Virus record (IMG/VR): IMGVR_UViG_3300036782_000035
Span: 1 to 52,761 of that record
DNA: 52,761 bases
Direction: 5' to 3' (one strand)
Origin: a virus
Lineage: Duplodnaviria; Caudoviricetes
Of this stretch, positions 19,344-27,520 are shown piece by piece; position 1 is the first letter of the stretch, and each line of letters opens with the position of its first letter. A program made the translations under genes and the position numbers. The notes beneath the pieces are model-generated. The model was given only the letters and a program-made list of their open reading frames with translations. It was not told the DNA's origin and ran no database searches.

Positions 19344-19630
19344 CCCGTCTCGGGCCCCTGCTCGACTTCGCCCAGCTGGGGCAGGGGTGGGGGTTCATCC
19401 TCGGCAGCGTGCTCGGCGGGGCGGCGGGCACGCAGTTCGGCCGCTGGTCGGTGTACGTGTTCATGCGCAACCCGCTGGGGTGGCTCGTGCGGCAGTTCCG
19501 GTTGCTGCTCGCGGAGATCGGCCGGCTGTATGCCGCGAACGCGGACGTGATCGACCGGTCTAGCGCGTCCGCATCAGGACGGCCATCATCCGCAGGTCGG
19601 CGGCCGCCCGCTCACGCTCGATCTCGGTGA
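19340..19630 (+). CDS. Membrane protein
   Basis: GTGA overlap with endolysin; hydrophobic N-terminus. Confidence 0.45.
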   Translation: MTRLGPLLDFAQLGQGWGFILGSVLGGAAGTQFGRWSVYVFMRNPLGWLVRQFRLLLAEIGRLYAANADVIDRSSASASGRPSSAGRRPPAHARSR

Positions 19631-19721
19631 GGTCTTCCCATCGCAGCAGCCGGCCGACTAGCTCGGGTGGCAGCGCTGGCCGCGCCACGTCGAGCAGGGC
19701 AGCGCAGCATGACGGGTCCAA
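19560..19721 (-). CDS. Hypothetical protein (53 aa)
   Basis: TTG start with GGAGG SD, read by hand. Confidence 0.45.
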   Translation of the reverse strand: MDPSCCAALLDVARPALPPELVGRLLRWEDLTEIERERAAADLRMMAVLMRTR

Positions 19722-19759
19722 CGGTCCTCCGGGGGCGGGTGGCGAGTGCCGCGACCAGG

Positions 19760-19903
19760 TTATCGGCCAGCCAGCCGCCTCGCACGCCGCGCCTCCAGCA
19801 TGGCCAGCCTCTCACGCACCTCCGCAGGCGGCAGCGCGACCATCCGCGCGTTCAGCCACGTCACGCCCACCAGGTACGCCAGCTCGGCGTGCAGCCGCTT
19901 CAC
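19760..19903 (-). CDS. Hypothetical protein (47 aa)
   Basis: GTGA overlap with upstream gene, read by hand. Confidence 0.45.
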   Translation of the reverse strand: MKRLHAELAYLVGVTWLNARMVALPPAEVRERLAMLEARRARRLAGR

Positions 19904-20115
19904 AGCGCGTCCGGGTCTTCGCCGCGCTCACGGAGCGCTTCCATGACCTGGTCGTGCGCCCGGCGGCTGAGTTCCCGGGCACACTCCTCGTAGCCCAGCA
20001 CGGCCTGTGCCCACAGGACGGTCCCCACCGGGTGCTCCCGCCGCGCCGCCAGGTGCCGCGCCATTCTCCGCAGCACCTGCTCGTCCGGCAGCGCGGTCAG
20101 GTCATCCCCGGCCAA
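19900..20115 (-). CDS. Hypothetical protein
   Basis: ORF in the coupled leftward operon. Confidence 0.55.
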   Translation of the reverse strand: MAGDDLTALPDEQVLRRMARHLAARREHPVGTVLWAQAVLGYEECARELSRRAHDQVMEALRERGEDPDAL

Positions 20116-20368
20116 AGCGGGCCTCCAGGTAATCCATCAGGAAGCCGAGGTGATCCCGCGACACGGTCACCGGCGTCCCGTCGATGCGCGGGTCCTTGTC
20201 GGCCTCCAGCCACGTCGCGGTCGGCCGCGTCACCCCGGCCTGCCCCGGCATCAGGATGCTGACCTGCCGGTGGCGCGCCAGGAACGCCACCATCCGCGCC
20301 ACGTGGTCCGGGGCGTGGTCGACGCCCGGCACCACCGGCAGGTTGTCATTCGGCCACGGCCCCATCAC
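20102..20368 (-). CDS. Hypothetical protein
   Basis: ORF in the coupled leftward operon. Confidence 0.6.
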   Translation of the reverse strand: MMGPWPNDNLPVVPGVDHAPDHVARMVAFLARHRQVSILMPGQAGVTRPTATWLEADKDPRIDGTPVTVSRDHLGFLMDYLEARFGRG

Positions 20369-20583
20369 TGCCCGCCCAGGAGCGCATGGAGGATGCCGAC
20401 CATGGCCAGGTCTCCGACTGAGCGCTTTGCGTTCGACTGAAGCACGCCGTCCAGCACGTAGGCCAGCCGCTCAGCTTCCTGTCGGTGCTCTTCGCTGGTG
20501 AAGTAGTCCTCCCTGGGTGCGCTTCGCACCCGGCGCGGCCAGGCCGGCAGGCGGCCGAGTGTCTTACTGCCGATCAGCGCCAT
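20365..20583 (-). CDS. Hypothetical protein
   Basis: TGATG coupling; MALIGSKTLG... Confidence 0.55.
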   Translation of the reverse strand: MALIGSKTLGRLPAWPRRVRSAPREDYFTSEEHRQEAERLAYVLDGVLQSNAKRSVGDLAMVGILHALLGGQ

Positions 20584-20723
20584 CAGGAGTGCTCCCTGAT
20601 CCACTCGGCCAGGTCCTCGACGGGGTTGCCGTTCTGGTCGACCGGGCCGTCATAGCCGCTCTCGCGGAGCGCGGTGAACTTGGCCTGCGCCTCGGTGTCG
20701 GGGCCTTCTCCGAACCACTTCAT
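20583..20723 (-). CDS. Small protein (46 aa) of the transfer module
   Basis: Read by hand: MKWFGEGP...KFTALRESGYDGPVDQNG; ATGA overlap. Confidence 0.55.
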   Translation of the reverse strand: MKWFGEGPDTEAQAKFTALRESGYDGPVDQNGNPVEDLAEWIREHS

Positions 20724-20869
20724 GACCTGTCCTCTTCCTCGTCGTCGACGAAGATGACAGCGCCCGGGCCGTCCTGGTCGCTGGTGTCGACGCTGATGGG
20801 GCCGGTGAAGGTGCCGGAGAAGATGACTCCCCCGCCCTCGACGTGGTTGACGATGTTGTGGTTTGGCAT
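20720..20869 (-). CDS. Small acidic protein (49 aa)
   Basis: Read by hand: MPNHNIVNHVEGGGVIFSG...; GAAGGAA SD. Confidence 0.5.
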   Translation of the reverse strand: MPNHNIVNHVEGGGVIFSGTFTGPISVDTSDQDGPGAVIFVDDEEEDRS

Positions 20870-20870
20870 T

Positions 20871-21260
20871 TCATTCCTTCCTGGTGGTGCCGAGCACCCG
20901 GAGCGCCTCTAGCAGGCGGGGGTCGGCGGACTTAGCGCCTGCCTCGGGCAGGTGCAGGTGGTAGTGGTTCACGACGGCCTGCGGCTGAGCGGCCGGCACC
21001 TGCGGCCTGGGCTCGCGGATTACCTCCGCCTGCACCGTGAACGAGGGCCTGTGAGCGGCCATGCTGCGGCGGATCATGACCACCAGCCCGGCGATAATCG
21101 CGAGCAGGACGACGCCGACGCCGATCAGGATCCAGAAGATCGCGGCGATGATCGCGACCACGGCCATGACCACCGCGACGACGGCCGCGCCGCCGAGCAC
21201 TGACCCGATCCCGAAGCCGGTCACCTTGAAGGTGCCGGAGCCCTCCCATTGGCCGATCAC
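20871..21260 (-). CDS. Membrane protein (spread-protein-like)
   Basis: Long hydrophobic stretch; C-terminal VVNHYHLHL; GTGA overlap. Confidence 0.65.
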   Translation of the reverse strand: MIGQWEGSGTFKVTGFGIGSVLGGAAVVAVVMAVVAIIAAIFWILIGVGVVLLAIIAGLVVMIRRSMAAHRPSFTVQAEVIREPRPQVPAAQPQAVVNHYHLHLPEAGAKSADPRLLEALRVLGTTRKE

Positions 21261-21463
21261 CGCTCGTCCCGCGTCTTCCACGCGCGCTCCGCGATCAGCA
21301 CCCGGCCACGGTGGACGAGCCGGGCGCCGCGGCGGAACCTGCGGCCGGTCCCCTTGCACTTGGCGCACAGGCCGCGGGGGCACGGGCACGCACGCGTCGG
21401 CGAGACGAGCACGAACACCACCCACCCGATGGCCAGGACGAGGATTACCAGGACATGGCCCAT
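21257..21463 (-). CDS. Small membrane protein with CxxCxGxG zinc motif
   Basis: N-terminal TM then CPC...CAKCKGTGRR; GGAGG SD. Confidence 0.65.
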   Translation of the reverse strand: MGHVLVILVLAIGWVVFVLVSPTRACPCPRGLCAKCKGTGRRFRRGARLVHRGRVLIAERAWKTRDER

Positions 21464-21473
21464 GACGGCCTCC

Positions 21474-21890
21474 CTACTTGTGAGCCCGCGGGCAGTCGGC
21501 GATGCCGCGGTCGTGTCCCAGCTCCCAGCCGCGGGCGAAGCCTTCCTCGTCGCCGAGCTGGCGCCCGGCCTTGTACGCCACGCACAGCGACCGCTTGCAC
21601 GCGTCGTCGGAGCACTCGGTGTAGTCGTGCTTCGGCTTCGCCTTGCGCGCCCTCTCGCGCGCCTCCTTCTCCGCCTGCTTCTTCCGCCCGGTGAAGTCGG
21701 ACTTCGGCGCGCAGTGGTGGGTTAGCGCCCCGCCCGCGGTGTAGCGCTTCTTGCACTTCGGGCACTTCCCGAACGCCAGCCGCGGCTTGAGCGTCATCGG
21801 CCGCCGGCTGTTCGACACGCACACGTGCCGCAGGCCGGACGGCTTCCCGCACCGCCCGCACACCACGTTTAGTTGCGGGCGCCAGCCCAT
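21474..21890 (-). CDS. Cys-rich basic protein
   Basis: CGRC..HVC, CPKC..HHC and HDY..C...C...C motifs. Confidence 0.65.
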   Translation of the reverse strand: MGWRPQLNVVCGRCGKPSGLRHVCVSNSRRPMTLKPRLAFGKCPKCKKRYTAGGALTHHCAPKSDFTGRKKQAEKEARERARKAKPKHDYTECSDDACKRSLCVAYKAGRQLGDEEGFARGWELGHDRGIADCPRAHK

Positions 21891-21978
21891 CAGCTCGCTC
21901 TCCCATGGCCCGTGAAACTGGCCGCGCGCCCGCTGCGACCGCGAACAGCGGAACATCGCAGGTCAGAGAGCGTGAGGC

Positions 21979-22043
21979 GTGTCGCGCAGTGTCGCGGGGA
22001 TCGGTGTTTCCGCTGGTCATCGCGTGTCGCGCTAGCGCGACAC
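21979..22043. repeat. clt-like locus: GTGTCGCG 8-bp repeats
   Basis: Copies at 21979, 21989 and 22024, inverted copy at 22036 (20-bp palindrome 22024-22043), directly 3' of the TraB-like gene. Confidence 0.6.
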
Positions 22044-22058
22044 ATTTCAGGGTCTCCA

Positions 22059-24110
22059 CTACAGCCCTCCCGCCCGCAGGTGCTCCTGAACGGCGGAGCG
22101 CTCGCATCCCGAGCGGGGCTTGCTGCCAGGCTCACGGACCGACTTGACGGGGATCGCGAGGGCGCGGAGCTGGCTCAGCACCGCGTCGCGGGTGATGCCC
22201 TCGTAAGCCTCGCCGAACGTGCCGGAGAGCCGGTCGGCGATCGTCTCGCCCCACAGCTTCTCGTCGTCGCCGAACACCTCGAGGACGTCACGCGCGAACG
22301 ACCGGGCCTCCACGGCGAAGTCCTCGCCCGCGGCGTAGCCGGTGACCCGGTGCGCCCGCTCGCGCATGAGCCGGGCGCGGGCGAAGATCAGCCGGGACAG
22401 CGGCCCGTCGATGTACTGGGCGCGCATGATGCGCGGGCGCAGGCCCTCGCCGCCGAAGTACAGGACGCCCTTGGCGTCGAACCCGAACATGGTTGCCCGG
22501 ATACCGGCCTTGTACTGGGACGTCCCGAGCACCATGTCGTTCTCAACCTGGCCGGTGACGTACAGGCACATCCGCAGGACCGCGTTCGCGCGGATGCCCG
22601 GCGGGATCGACTTCGCGTCCGGCCGCTGCGTGGCCAGGATGATCAGCATCCCCAGCGCCGGGCCGCGCTTGGCCAGGTCGGTGCAGATCAGCTCGAACTC
22701 CTCGCCGTAGGCGGGGTGCTCGAATGCGACCTGGCACTCGTCGACCGCGATCACGATCGGCTGCAGGCCAAGGCTCCGGTCGTTCGCCAGCTCGTCGGTG
22801 ATCTTGTTCTCGGGGCAGCGCAGCGGGTCGGCTTCGGCGATGTCGCGGATGATCTTGGTCCGGCGGCGCATCTCCCTGCGCAGTGCGCGGAAGTCTGCGA
22901 TCATCGCCGCCATGTCCTCGGGCTCGTCGCCGACCCCGTAGGCGTGCGCCACGGGCCGCGCCGGGGCGAGGTCGCCGGTTCCCTTCAGGTCGTAGGCGTG
23001 GATCTCCGAGCGCACGTCAAGGGCGGCGATCAGCAGCAGCAGCCGCAGCAGGAACGTCTTCCCCATCCGGGGAACCGCCCCGATGATGATCGAGACGAAC
23101 ATCAGCGTGACCGTGACGGCCTTGCCGCGCGGGTCGTAGCCGAACAGCGTCGGCTTGAACATGTTGACCGTGCCGCGCCTGGCCAGCGGCCACGCGGGCT
23201 GGTCGGCCTTCGTCATGTCCTCGTCGGCGACGTACAGGTCAAGCGCTCCGGGGTGCCGCTTGTGGTCCGTCTCGGGCCACACGCAGCCGAGCGGGCGACG
23301 CAGGCCCGACGCGGCTTCCTCGCGCTTCTCGCTGACCGCCCCGGCCGTCACGCCGATCGGCAGGTCGCCCCGCCACAGCCAGCCAGCGCCGTCCCGCATG
23401 GGCCCGTCAAGGGTCACGATCGCGTTGCCCGGGTTCTCACGGATCGCCTTGTTCATCTCGGCGATGCCGAGCACGCCGAGCATGTTGACGATCAGCTCAG
23501 TGGTCAGCCGCTCGACGGCGACCGGGACAACGGAGCTGGTGACGATCGGCTTGTCCTCCGGCCGGCCAATCCACGCCAGCACCGGCCCGGCGACCAGGCC
23601 AACCGGGATCCACAGCAGCGCAGAGACGGAGGTCAGCAGCGCAGCGCCGACGGCCAGGGCGACGACCTCGCCGAGCAGGATCAGGCCGCGGACGAGGCGG
23701 ACCTTCCGCGCCTCCTTGTGCAGCGCCAGCCACTTAGCCGTGTCGCCGTCGGCGATGGCGCGGTGGCGCAGCAGCGTCTGCTCGCTGACCCACCACCACC
23801 CGAGCTGGGTGAACACGATACGGGCCACGCCGACGCCAGCCCACATGACCGTGAGCGCGACACGCTGCGGCAGGCGGACGCCGTGATAAAGCGAGTGATG
23901 CCTGGCCCGCTTGTACTGCCAGCCTGCGGCCTTGCGGCGGCCCTCGCGGGTGCGCAGGTGCTCAGGGATGACCGGCTTCCACTCGGATGGCTCGCCGCGT
24001 TCGGGCTTCGCCGGGGGCGCAGGCGCTGCGGTGCCGGGGAACGGTACGACCTCGCCGGTTACGGCGTCGTCTTCCTCGTCGCCGGGCTCGTCGTCGTACG
24101 GCCGCGTCAC
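22059..24110 (-). CDS. FtsK/SpoIIIE-family conjugative DNA translocase (TraB-like)
   Basis: N-terminal TM segments; Walker A GAVPRMGKT, DLKG, Walker B IAVDECQ, LATQRP; C-terminal winged-helix-sized domain. Confidence 0.88.
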   Translation of the reverse strand: MTRPYDDEPGDEEDDAVTGEVVPFPGTAAPAPPAKPERGEPSEWKPVIPEHLRTREGRRKAAGWQYKRARHHSLYHGVRLPQRVALTVMWAGVGVARIVFTQLGWWWVSEQTLLRHRAIADGDTAKWLALHKEARKVRLVRGLILLGEVVALAVGAALLTSVSALLWIPVGLVAGPVLAWIGRPEDKPIVTSSVVPVAVERLTTELIVNMLGVLGIAEMNKAIRENPGNAIVTLDGPMRDGAGWLWRGDLPIGVTAGAVSEKREEAASGLRRPLGCVWPETDHKRHPGALDLYVADEDMTKADQPAWPLARRGTVNMFKPTLFGYDPRGKAVTVTLMFVSIIIGAVPRMGKTFLLRLLLLIAALDVRSEIHAYDLKGTGDLAPARPVAHAYGVGDEPEDMAAMIADFRALRREMRRRTKIIRDIAEADPLRCPENKITDELANDRSLGLQPIVIAVDECQVAFEHPAYGEEFELICTDLAKRGPALGMLIILATQRPDAKSIPPGIRANAVLRMCLYVTGQVENDMVLGTSQYKAGIRATMFGFDAKGVLYFGGEGLRPRIMRAQYIDGPLSRLIFARARLMRERAHRVTGYAAGEDFAVEARSFARDVLEVFGDDEKLWGETIADRLSGTFGEAYEGITRDAVLSQLRALAIPVKSVREPGSKPRSGCERSAVQEHLRAGGL

Positions 24111-24295
24111 CATGCGAACCGCCTCCTGCACGGCTGCAGGCCCCACCCGCACTCCGCCACGATGGTGGCGATGGCGAGGGTGAGCGCCGCGACCGTCACC
24201 GCGACCACCGCGACGGCGAGCAGCGTCAGCAGGTGCACGCCGAGGATGGCGGCGAGCGCCAGGGCAACGGCGGCGAGGATCTTGGGCGCGGTCAT
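24107..24295 (-). CDS. Small membrane protein
   Basis: Almost entirely hydrophobic; coupled at both ends. Confidence 0.6.
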   Translation of the reverse strand: MTAPKILAAVALALAAILGVHLLTLLAVAVVAVTVAALTLAIATIVAECGWGLQPCRRRFAW

Positions 24296-24951
24296 GCCGG
24301 CACCTCTTCGCGCTCGTCCGCGGTCTCTTCGGGGGCCTCGCTCAGCGCGGCCTTGACCAGCTGGCCGATGGTGTCGTGGTGCATGCCGAACGCCCGGCCG
24401 AGATCCCGGTAAGACGGCCTCGCACCGAGGCAGTCACGCAGGTGCAGGTACGCGTCGACAACCCGGTCCTCGGTGGCTTCCGCCAGCCCGTGACCGCAGC
24501 CGACAGTGACGACCCTGGCGGCCGTGGCGCCGGGGGAGGCGACGCCACGGCCGCGCCTTACGAGCCCCGCGAGGGACTCAAGCGCGAGGGTGAACGCCAG
24601 CGCTGGCCAGCCGGAGACCAGCCGGCCGCCCATGCCGTGGTGCGACCCGGCCGCAACGTTCATTGCCAAGGTCACGACGATGCCGACGCCGAGCGACACC
24701 ATCGTCAGGACCGGCCTGCCTGCCCCGCCGCGGGACGCTGAGATCAGGTCGGCGGACGCTCCGAGGATGACGAGGTCCGCCAGTGCGGGCACGAGGTACG
24801 CGACCGGCGCGGTCGCTCCTGCGGCCTCGACGACGGTCAGCGCGTGGAAGTACGAGGCGATGCCTGCGATGAGGGAGACGCCCGCCAAGGCCAGCCAGCC
24901 GACGACACGAGGGGCGCTAGCGGTGCGGGACGGGGTATCTGTAGAGTCCAC
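24292..24951 (-). CDS. DUF2637 (SpdA-like) membrane protein with C-terminal HTH-like segment
   Basis: IASYFH...P..D...TLAMNV...VSGWPALA pattern, four TM segments; PSYRDLGRAFG tail. Confidence 0.75.
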   Translation of the reverse strand: MDSTDTPSRTASAPRVVGWLALAGVSLIAGIASYFHALTVVEAAGATAPVAYLVPALADLVILGASADLISASRGGAGRPVLTMVSLGVGIVVTLAMNVAAGSHHGMGGRLVSGWPALAFTLALESLAGLVRRGRGVASPGATAARVVTVGCGHGLAEATEDRVVDAYLHLRDCLGARPSYRDLGRAFGMHHDTIGQLVKAALSEAPEETADEREEVPA

Positions 24952-25030
24952 GTGGGCCTCTTCCTGGTTCGTTCAGGAGGGGTCAAGGGCCATCTGGTGG
25001 ACTGCAATCCGCCAGGTGGCCCGCCATCGT

Positions 25031-25095
25031 TTGATGACGTTGTCAAGTGCCACCATACGCCGCAGATCGCTGCGGTGCATAGCGGTGCGCCGCTA
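25031..25095. promoter_or_regulatory. Divergent promoter/operator region of the transfer module
   Basis: Tandem palindromes CCGCAG-N4-CTGCGG (25060-75) and TAGCGG-N4-CCGCTA (25080-95); leftward TATGGT -10 candidate (25052-57). Confidence 0.45.
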
Positions 25096-25138
25096 CGGGT
25101 ATATTCGCGCTGCTCAGAGGGGTGGCAGAGTGCTCCGC

Positions 25139-25468
25139 ATGGCAGCAATCGGGTACGAGTGGCAGCGCGTCGCGGCCGCCGTCGAGGCGCAGATCGCCGA
25201 CGGCACCCTGCCACCTGGCGCCATGCTCCGCGGTGAGCGCGCCATGGCCGAGGAACACGGGGTCGCCATCAGCACCGTCCGCCGCGCCCTTAAGGATCTC
25301 CGCGACCGCGGGCTCGTCGTCACCCTGCCAGCTAAGGGCACCTTCGTAGCCGGCAGCGGCTTACCGGGATGCATCAGGATGCGTCCTGTCCCGTCCCGAT
25401 CACGCGTGATGCACCCGCGTAGCGTCCAGCCGTGGACGACGACGAGCCCCCGCGCCGCGTGCGCCTGA
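25139..25468 (+). CDS. GntR-family winged-HTH regulator (Kor-like) 1
   Basis: I.DG.L.PG..L..ER.MA..HGV...TVRRAL..L...GLV......GTFV. Confidence 0.85.
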   Translation: MAAIGYEWQRVAAAVEAQIADGTLPPGAMLRGERAMAEEHGVAISTVRRALKDLRDRGLVVTLPAKGTFVAGSGLPGCIRMRPVPSRSRVMHPRSVQPWTTTSPRAACA

Positions 25469-25707
25469 GCAACACCGAGTACGCCTACGTCCAGGTCGCC
25501 GACGACCTTGAGCGCCGCGTCCGCGCCGGAGAGTTCCCCTACGAGGGCAAGCTGCCTGGCCGCCAGGACCTCGCCGCGGAGTACGGCGTCGGCGAGATGA
25601 CCGTCCGCCACGCGCTGCGGGTCCTCGCCGATAGGGGCATGGTGCGGCTGATGCCGAGCCGTGGGACGATCGTCACGTGGGCAGGGCACACAGAGGGCAC
25701 ACCGTAA
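25432..25707 (+). CDS. GntR-family winged-HTH regulator 2
   Basis: YVQVADDL..R...GE......LP....LA.EYGV...TVRHAL..L...G; TAGCGT 6 nt before GTG suggests a leaderless transcript. Confidence 0.85.
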   Translation: MDDDEPPRRVRLSNTEYAYVQVADDLERRVRAGEFPYEGKLPGRQDLAAEYGVGEMTVRHALRVLADRGMVRLMPSRGTIVTWAGHTEGTP

Positions 25708-25898
25708 CGTCTACGAAACCCCCGGAAACTACACGAAGATTTACGAAGGTAACAGGTAGAAGGCCGTGAATCGAACACGCGAGCCTGTGACCTGCAGCGC
25801 GGAAAAGGCCCGCTACAGTCATGCCGAGACTGTAACACCCGCCCGCCTACCAGCATTTACCGGGCACTTTCCCCCGCAGAGGGCACGTCCGGGGCACA
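25683..25898. other. attP: core TACAGTC-ATGCCGA-GACTGTA (25814-25834) flanked by GGGCAC arm-type repeats
   Basis: 7-bp inverted repeats around a 7-bp overlap at the integrase 3' end; GGGCAC repeats on both sides. Confidence 0.65.
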
Positions 25899-27233
25899 CG
25901 GGGCCGGCCGGAGGAACGCGTCGACCGCCGCGCGGGCGTCGCCGTCGTCACCTCCCGGCATGAAGTGCGCGTAGGTGTCGACCACCGTCTTAACCGAGTC
26001 GCCGATGAACTCCGCCACCCGCACGACGTCCGTCCCGGCGCGCAGCTGCGTGCTGACGAAGGTGTGGCGCAGAGCGTGGCAGCCGTCCTCCCGCTCCCGC
26101 CCGTCCTCCGGCGTGATCCCCGCCCGCCGCCGCGCCCGCCGCCACGTGTTGTCCAGCGAGTGGCGCCCCGCGGGCAGGCCCCGCGCCGTCGTCACGATCA
26201 GCCGCGCCGTCACCGGCTTCCCGTGGCGGCCGCCGCGCCCGGCGTCGGCCGGGTCATGCCACGGCAGCGTCACCTCGACGGCGGGGAACTCGTCCAGGTG
26301 CCGCTGGAGCCGCAGCTTCAGCTCCGGCGACAGCGGCGCGCTGTGCGGCTTGCGGTTCTTCAGCGGCGCGAAGGAGAACTCCCCGCCGGCGTACCGCAGC
26401 TGCCGCACCACCCTCACCCGCGGGTCGTCCCGCGTGAGCCAGTCGACGTCGCCGGTGCCGAGCGCGAGCATCTCGCCCTGGCGCAGGCCCGCCCCGGTGC
26501 CGATGTCGACGAGCACGCGCCACCGCGCGGGCAGCTCGGCGCGCATCGCGTCCGCCTGCGCTGCCGTCCAGGCGCGCGCCCTGCTCGGGCCGATCTGCGG
26601 CCAGGTGACGGACTGCGCCTGGGTCGGGTCGCGGTGCACGACGTTGTCGTCGATCGCCACCCGGAAGCAGTAGGACACGTCCCCCATGACGTGGCGGGCG
26701 CGGATCGGCGACAGCGGGATGGCCGCGGCCCACGCGGCGACGAGGCTCGGCTGCGCGGCGAGCAGCGCCATCGGGTGCTGGCCGATCGAGGGGGCGTCCA
26801 TCGGCGTCCTGCCGCTGCCGGGCTCGCCCTCGTAGACGTGGAGCCGCAGCCGCCCTTCGAGGTCGGCGGCGGTCTGGGGGTTGGGGATCCGCCTGCCCTG
26901 GCGGAGCTTCTCGGCGAACTGCCGCAGGGTGACCTTCCCGGCGTTGGGGTCGGTGTAGGTGCGGGTGACGATCTTGCCCTGCGTGAGCGCGTCGAACGCG
27001 GAGGCGTGCCTCTCCGGGTCGGGTTCCTCGCCGCGGGCGGGGTCGCGGAGCGCGAAGTTGCGCTTGCGGCGCTTGCGGGCGGGGGCCGCGGGGTCTTCCC
27101 ACTGGACCTGCCAGCGCCTGGCCTGGCCGTGGACGGCACTCGGGTAGAGGCGGTTGCGGCCCTTGCCGCACGCGCACGGCTGCAGCTGCTCGCCCTCGCG
27201 GGGCGTCACGTGCCAGCGGTCGTAGACGGCCAT
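25857..27233 (-). CDS. int: Tyrosine integrase
   Basis: GLRQGE (R), K, HALRH, terminal TYAH; N-terminal H G..RWQV.W arm-binding region. Confidence 0.92.
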   Translation of the reverse strand: MAVYDRWHVTPREGEQLQPCACGKGRNRLYPSAVHGQARRWQVQWEDPAAPARKRRKRNFALRDPARGEEPDPERHASAFDALTQGKIVTRTYTDPNAGKVTLRQFAEKLRQGRRIPNPQTAADLEGRLRLHVYEGEPGSGRTPMDAPSIGQHPMALLAAQPSLVAAWAAAIPLSPIRARHVMGDVSYCFRVAIDDNVVHRDPTQAQSVTWPQIGPSRARAWTAAQADAMRAELPARWRVLVDIGTGAGLRQGEMLALGTGDVDWLTRDDPRVRVVRQLRYAGGEFSFAPLKNRKPHSAPLSPELKLRLQRHLDEFPAVEVTLPWHDPADAGRGGRHGKPVTARLIVTTARGLPAGRHSLDNTWRRARRRAGITPEDGREREDGCHALRHTFVSTQLRAGTDVVRVAEFIGDSVKTVVDTYAHFMPGGDDGDARAAVDAFLRPAPCAPDVPSAGESAR

Positions 27234-27496
27234 CAGCGGTACTTCGTGGTAACGCGGACCTTCCGGCGGAACATCGGCCAGACCAGCAGCCAGGCGCCGC
27301 AGGTGAGGATGGTCATCGTCCAGTGGAAGGCGTTGCTGCCCGTCTGGACGGTGACGGTCTTGCGCTCGACGGGCGGCGGCTGGGGCGGGTAGTAGTCCTG
27401 TGGCCGCGCGCCCCACTGCGGCTGCTGCTGCGGGTAAGGCGCGACGGGTCCGTTCTCGTACTGCCTGCCGCGCTGTCTCGGGTCGTACTGGGTCAT
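27233..27496 (-). CDS. Small Pro/Gln-rich membrane protein co-transcribed with int
   Basis: GGAAGGAG SD; HW..TILTCGAWLLVW motif; TGATG coupling to int. Confidence 0.7.
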   Translation of the reverse strand: MTQYDPRQRGRQYENGPVAPYPQQQPQWGARPQDYYPPQPPPVERKTVTVQTGSNAFHWTMTILTCGAWLLVWPMFRRKVRVTTKYR

Positions 27497-27520
27497 GCTG
27501 CGCTCCTTCCTTCGCGCTGT

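Noticed and set aside
22059-24110. FtsK-like gene as a packaging ATPase or host chromosomal ftsK
   Set aside because: A conventional terminase is present and the neighbours are Spd/Kor-like, not housekeeping genes.
21873-24356. 827-aa + strand ORF
   Set aside because: Codon-aligned shadow of the TraB-like gene; no motifs and no coupling to neighbours.
24506-25138. Long N-terminal extension on GntR-1 (320-aa ORF)
   Set aside because: Overlaps the DUF2637 gene antisense; the GntR domain begins right after ATG 25139.
25708-25856. tRNA or tRNA fragment at attP
   Set aside because: No T-arm GTTCGA/CCA arrangement recognised; no tRNA seen elsewhere by eye (tRNAscan not run).
19560-27233. Independent AICE inserted into the phage
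   Set aside because: No RepSA/prim-pol replication genes, no second integrase and no flanking att duplication seen; the single integrase adjoins the phage immunity region. A decayed-AICE origin is not excluded.
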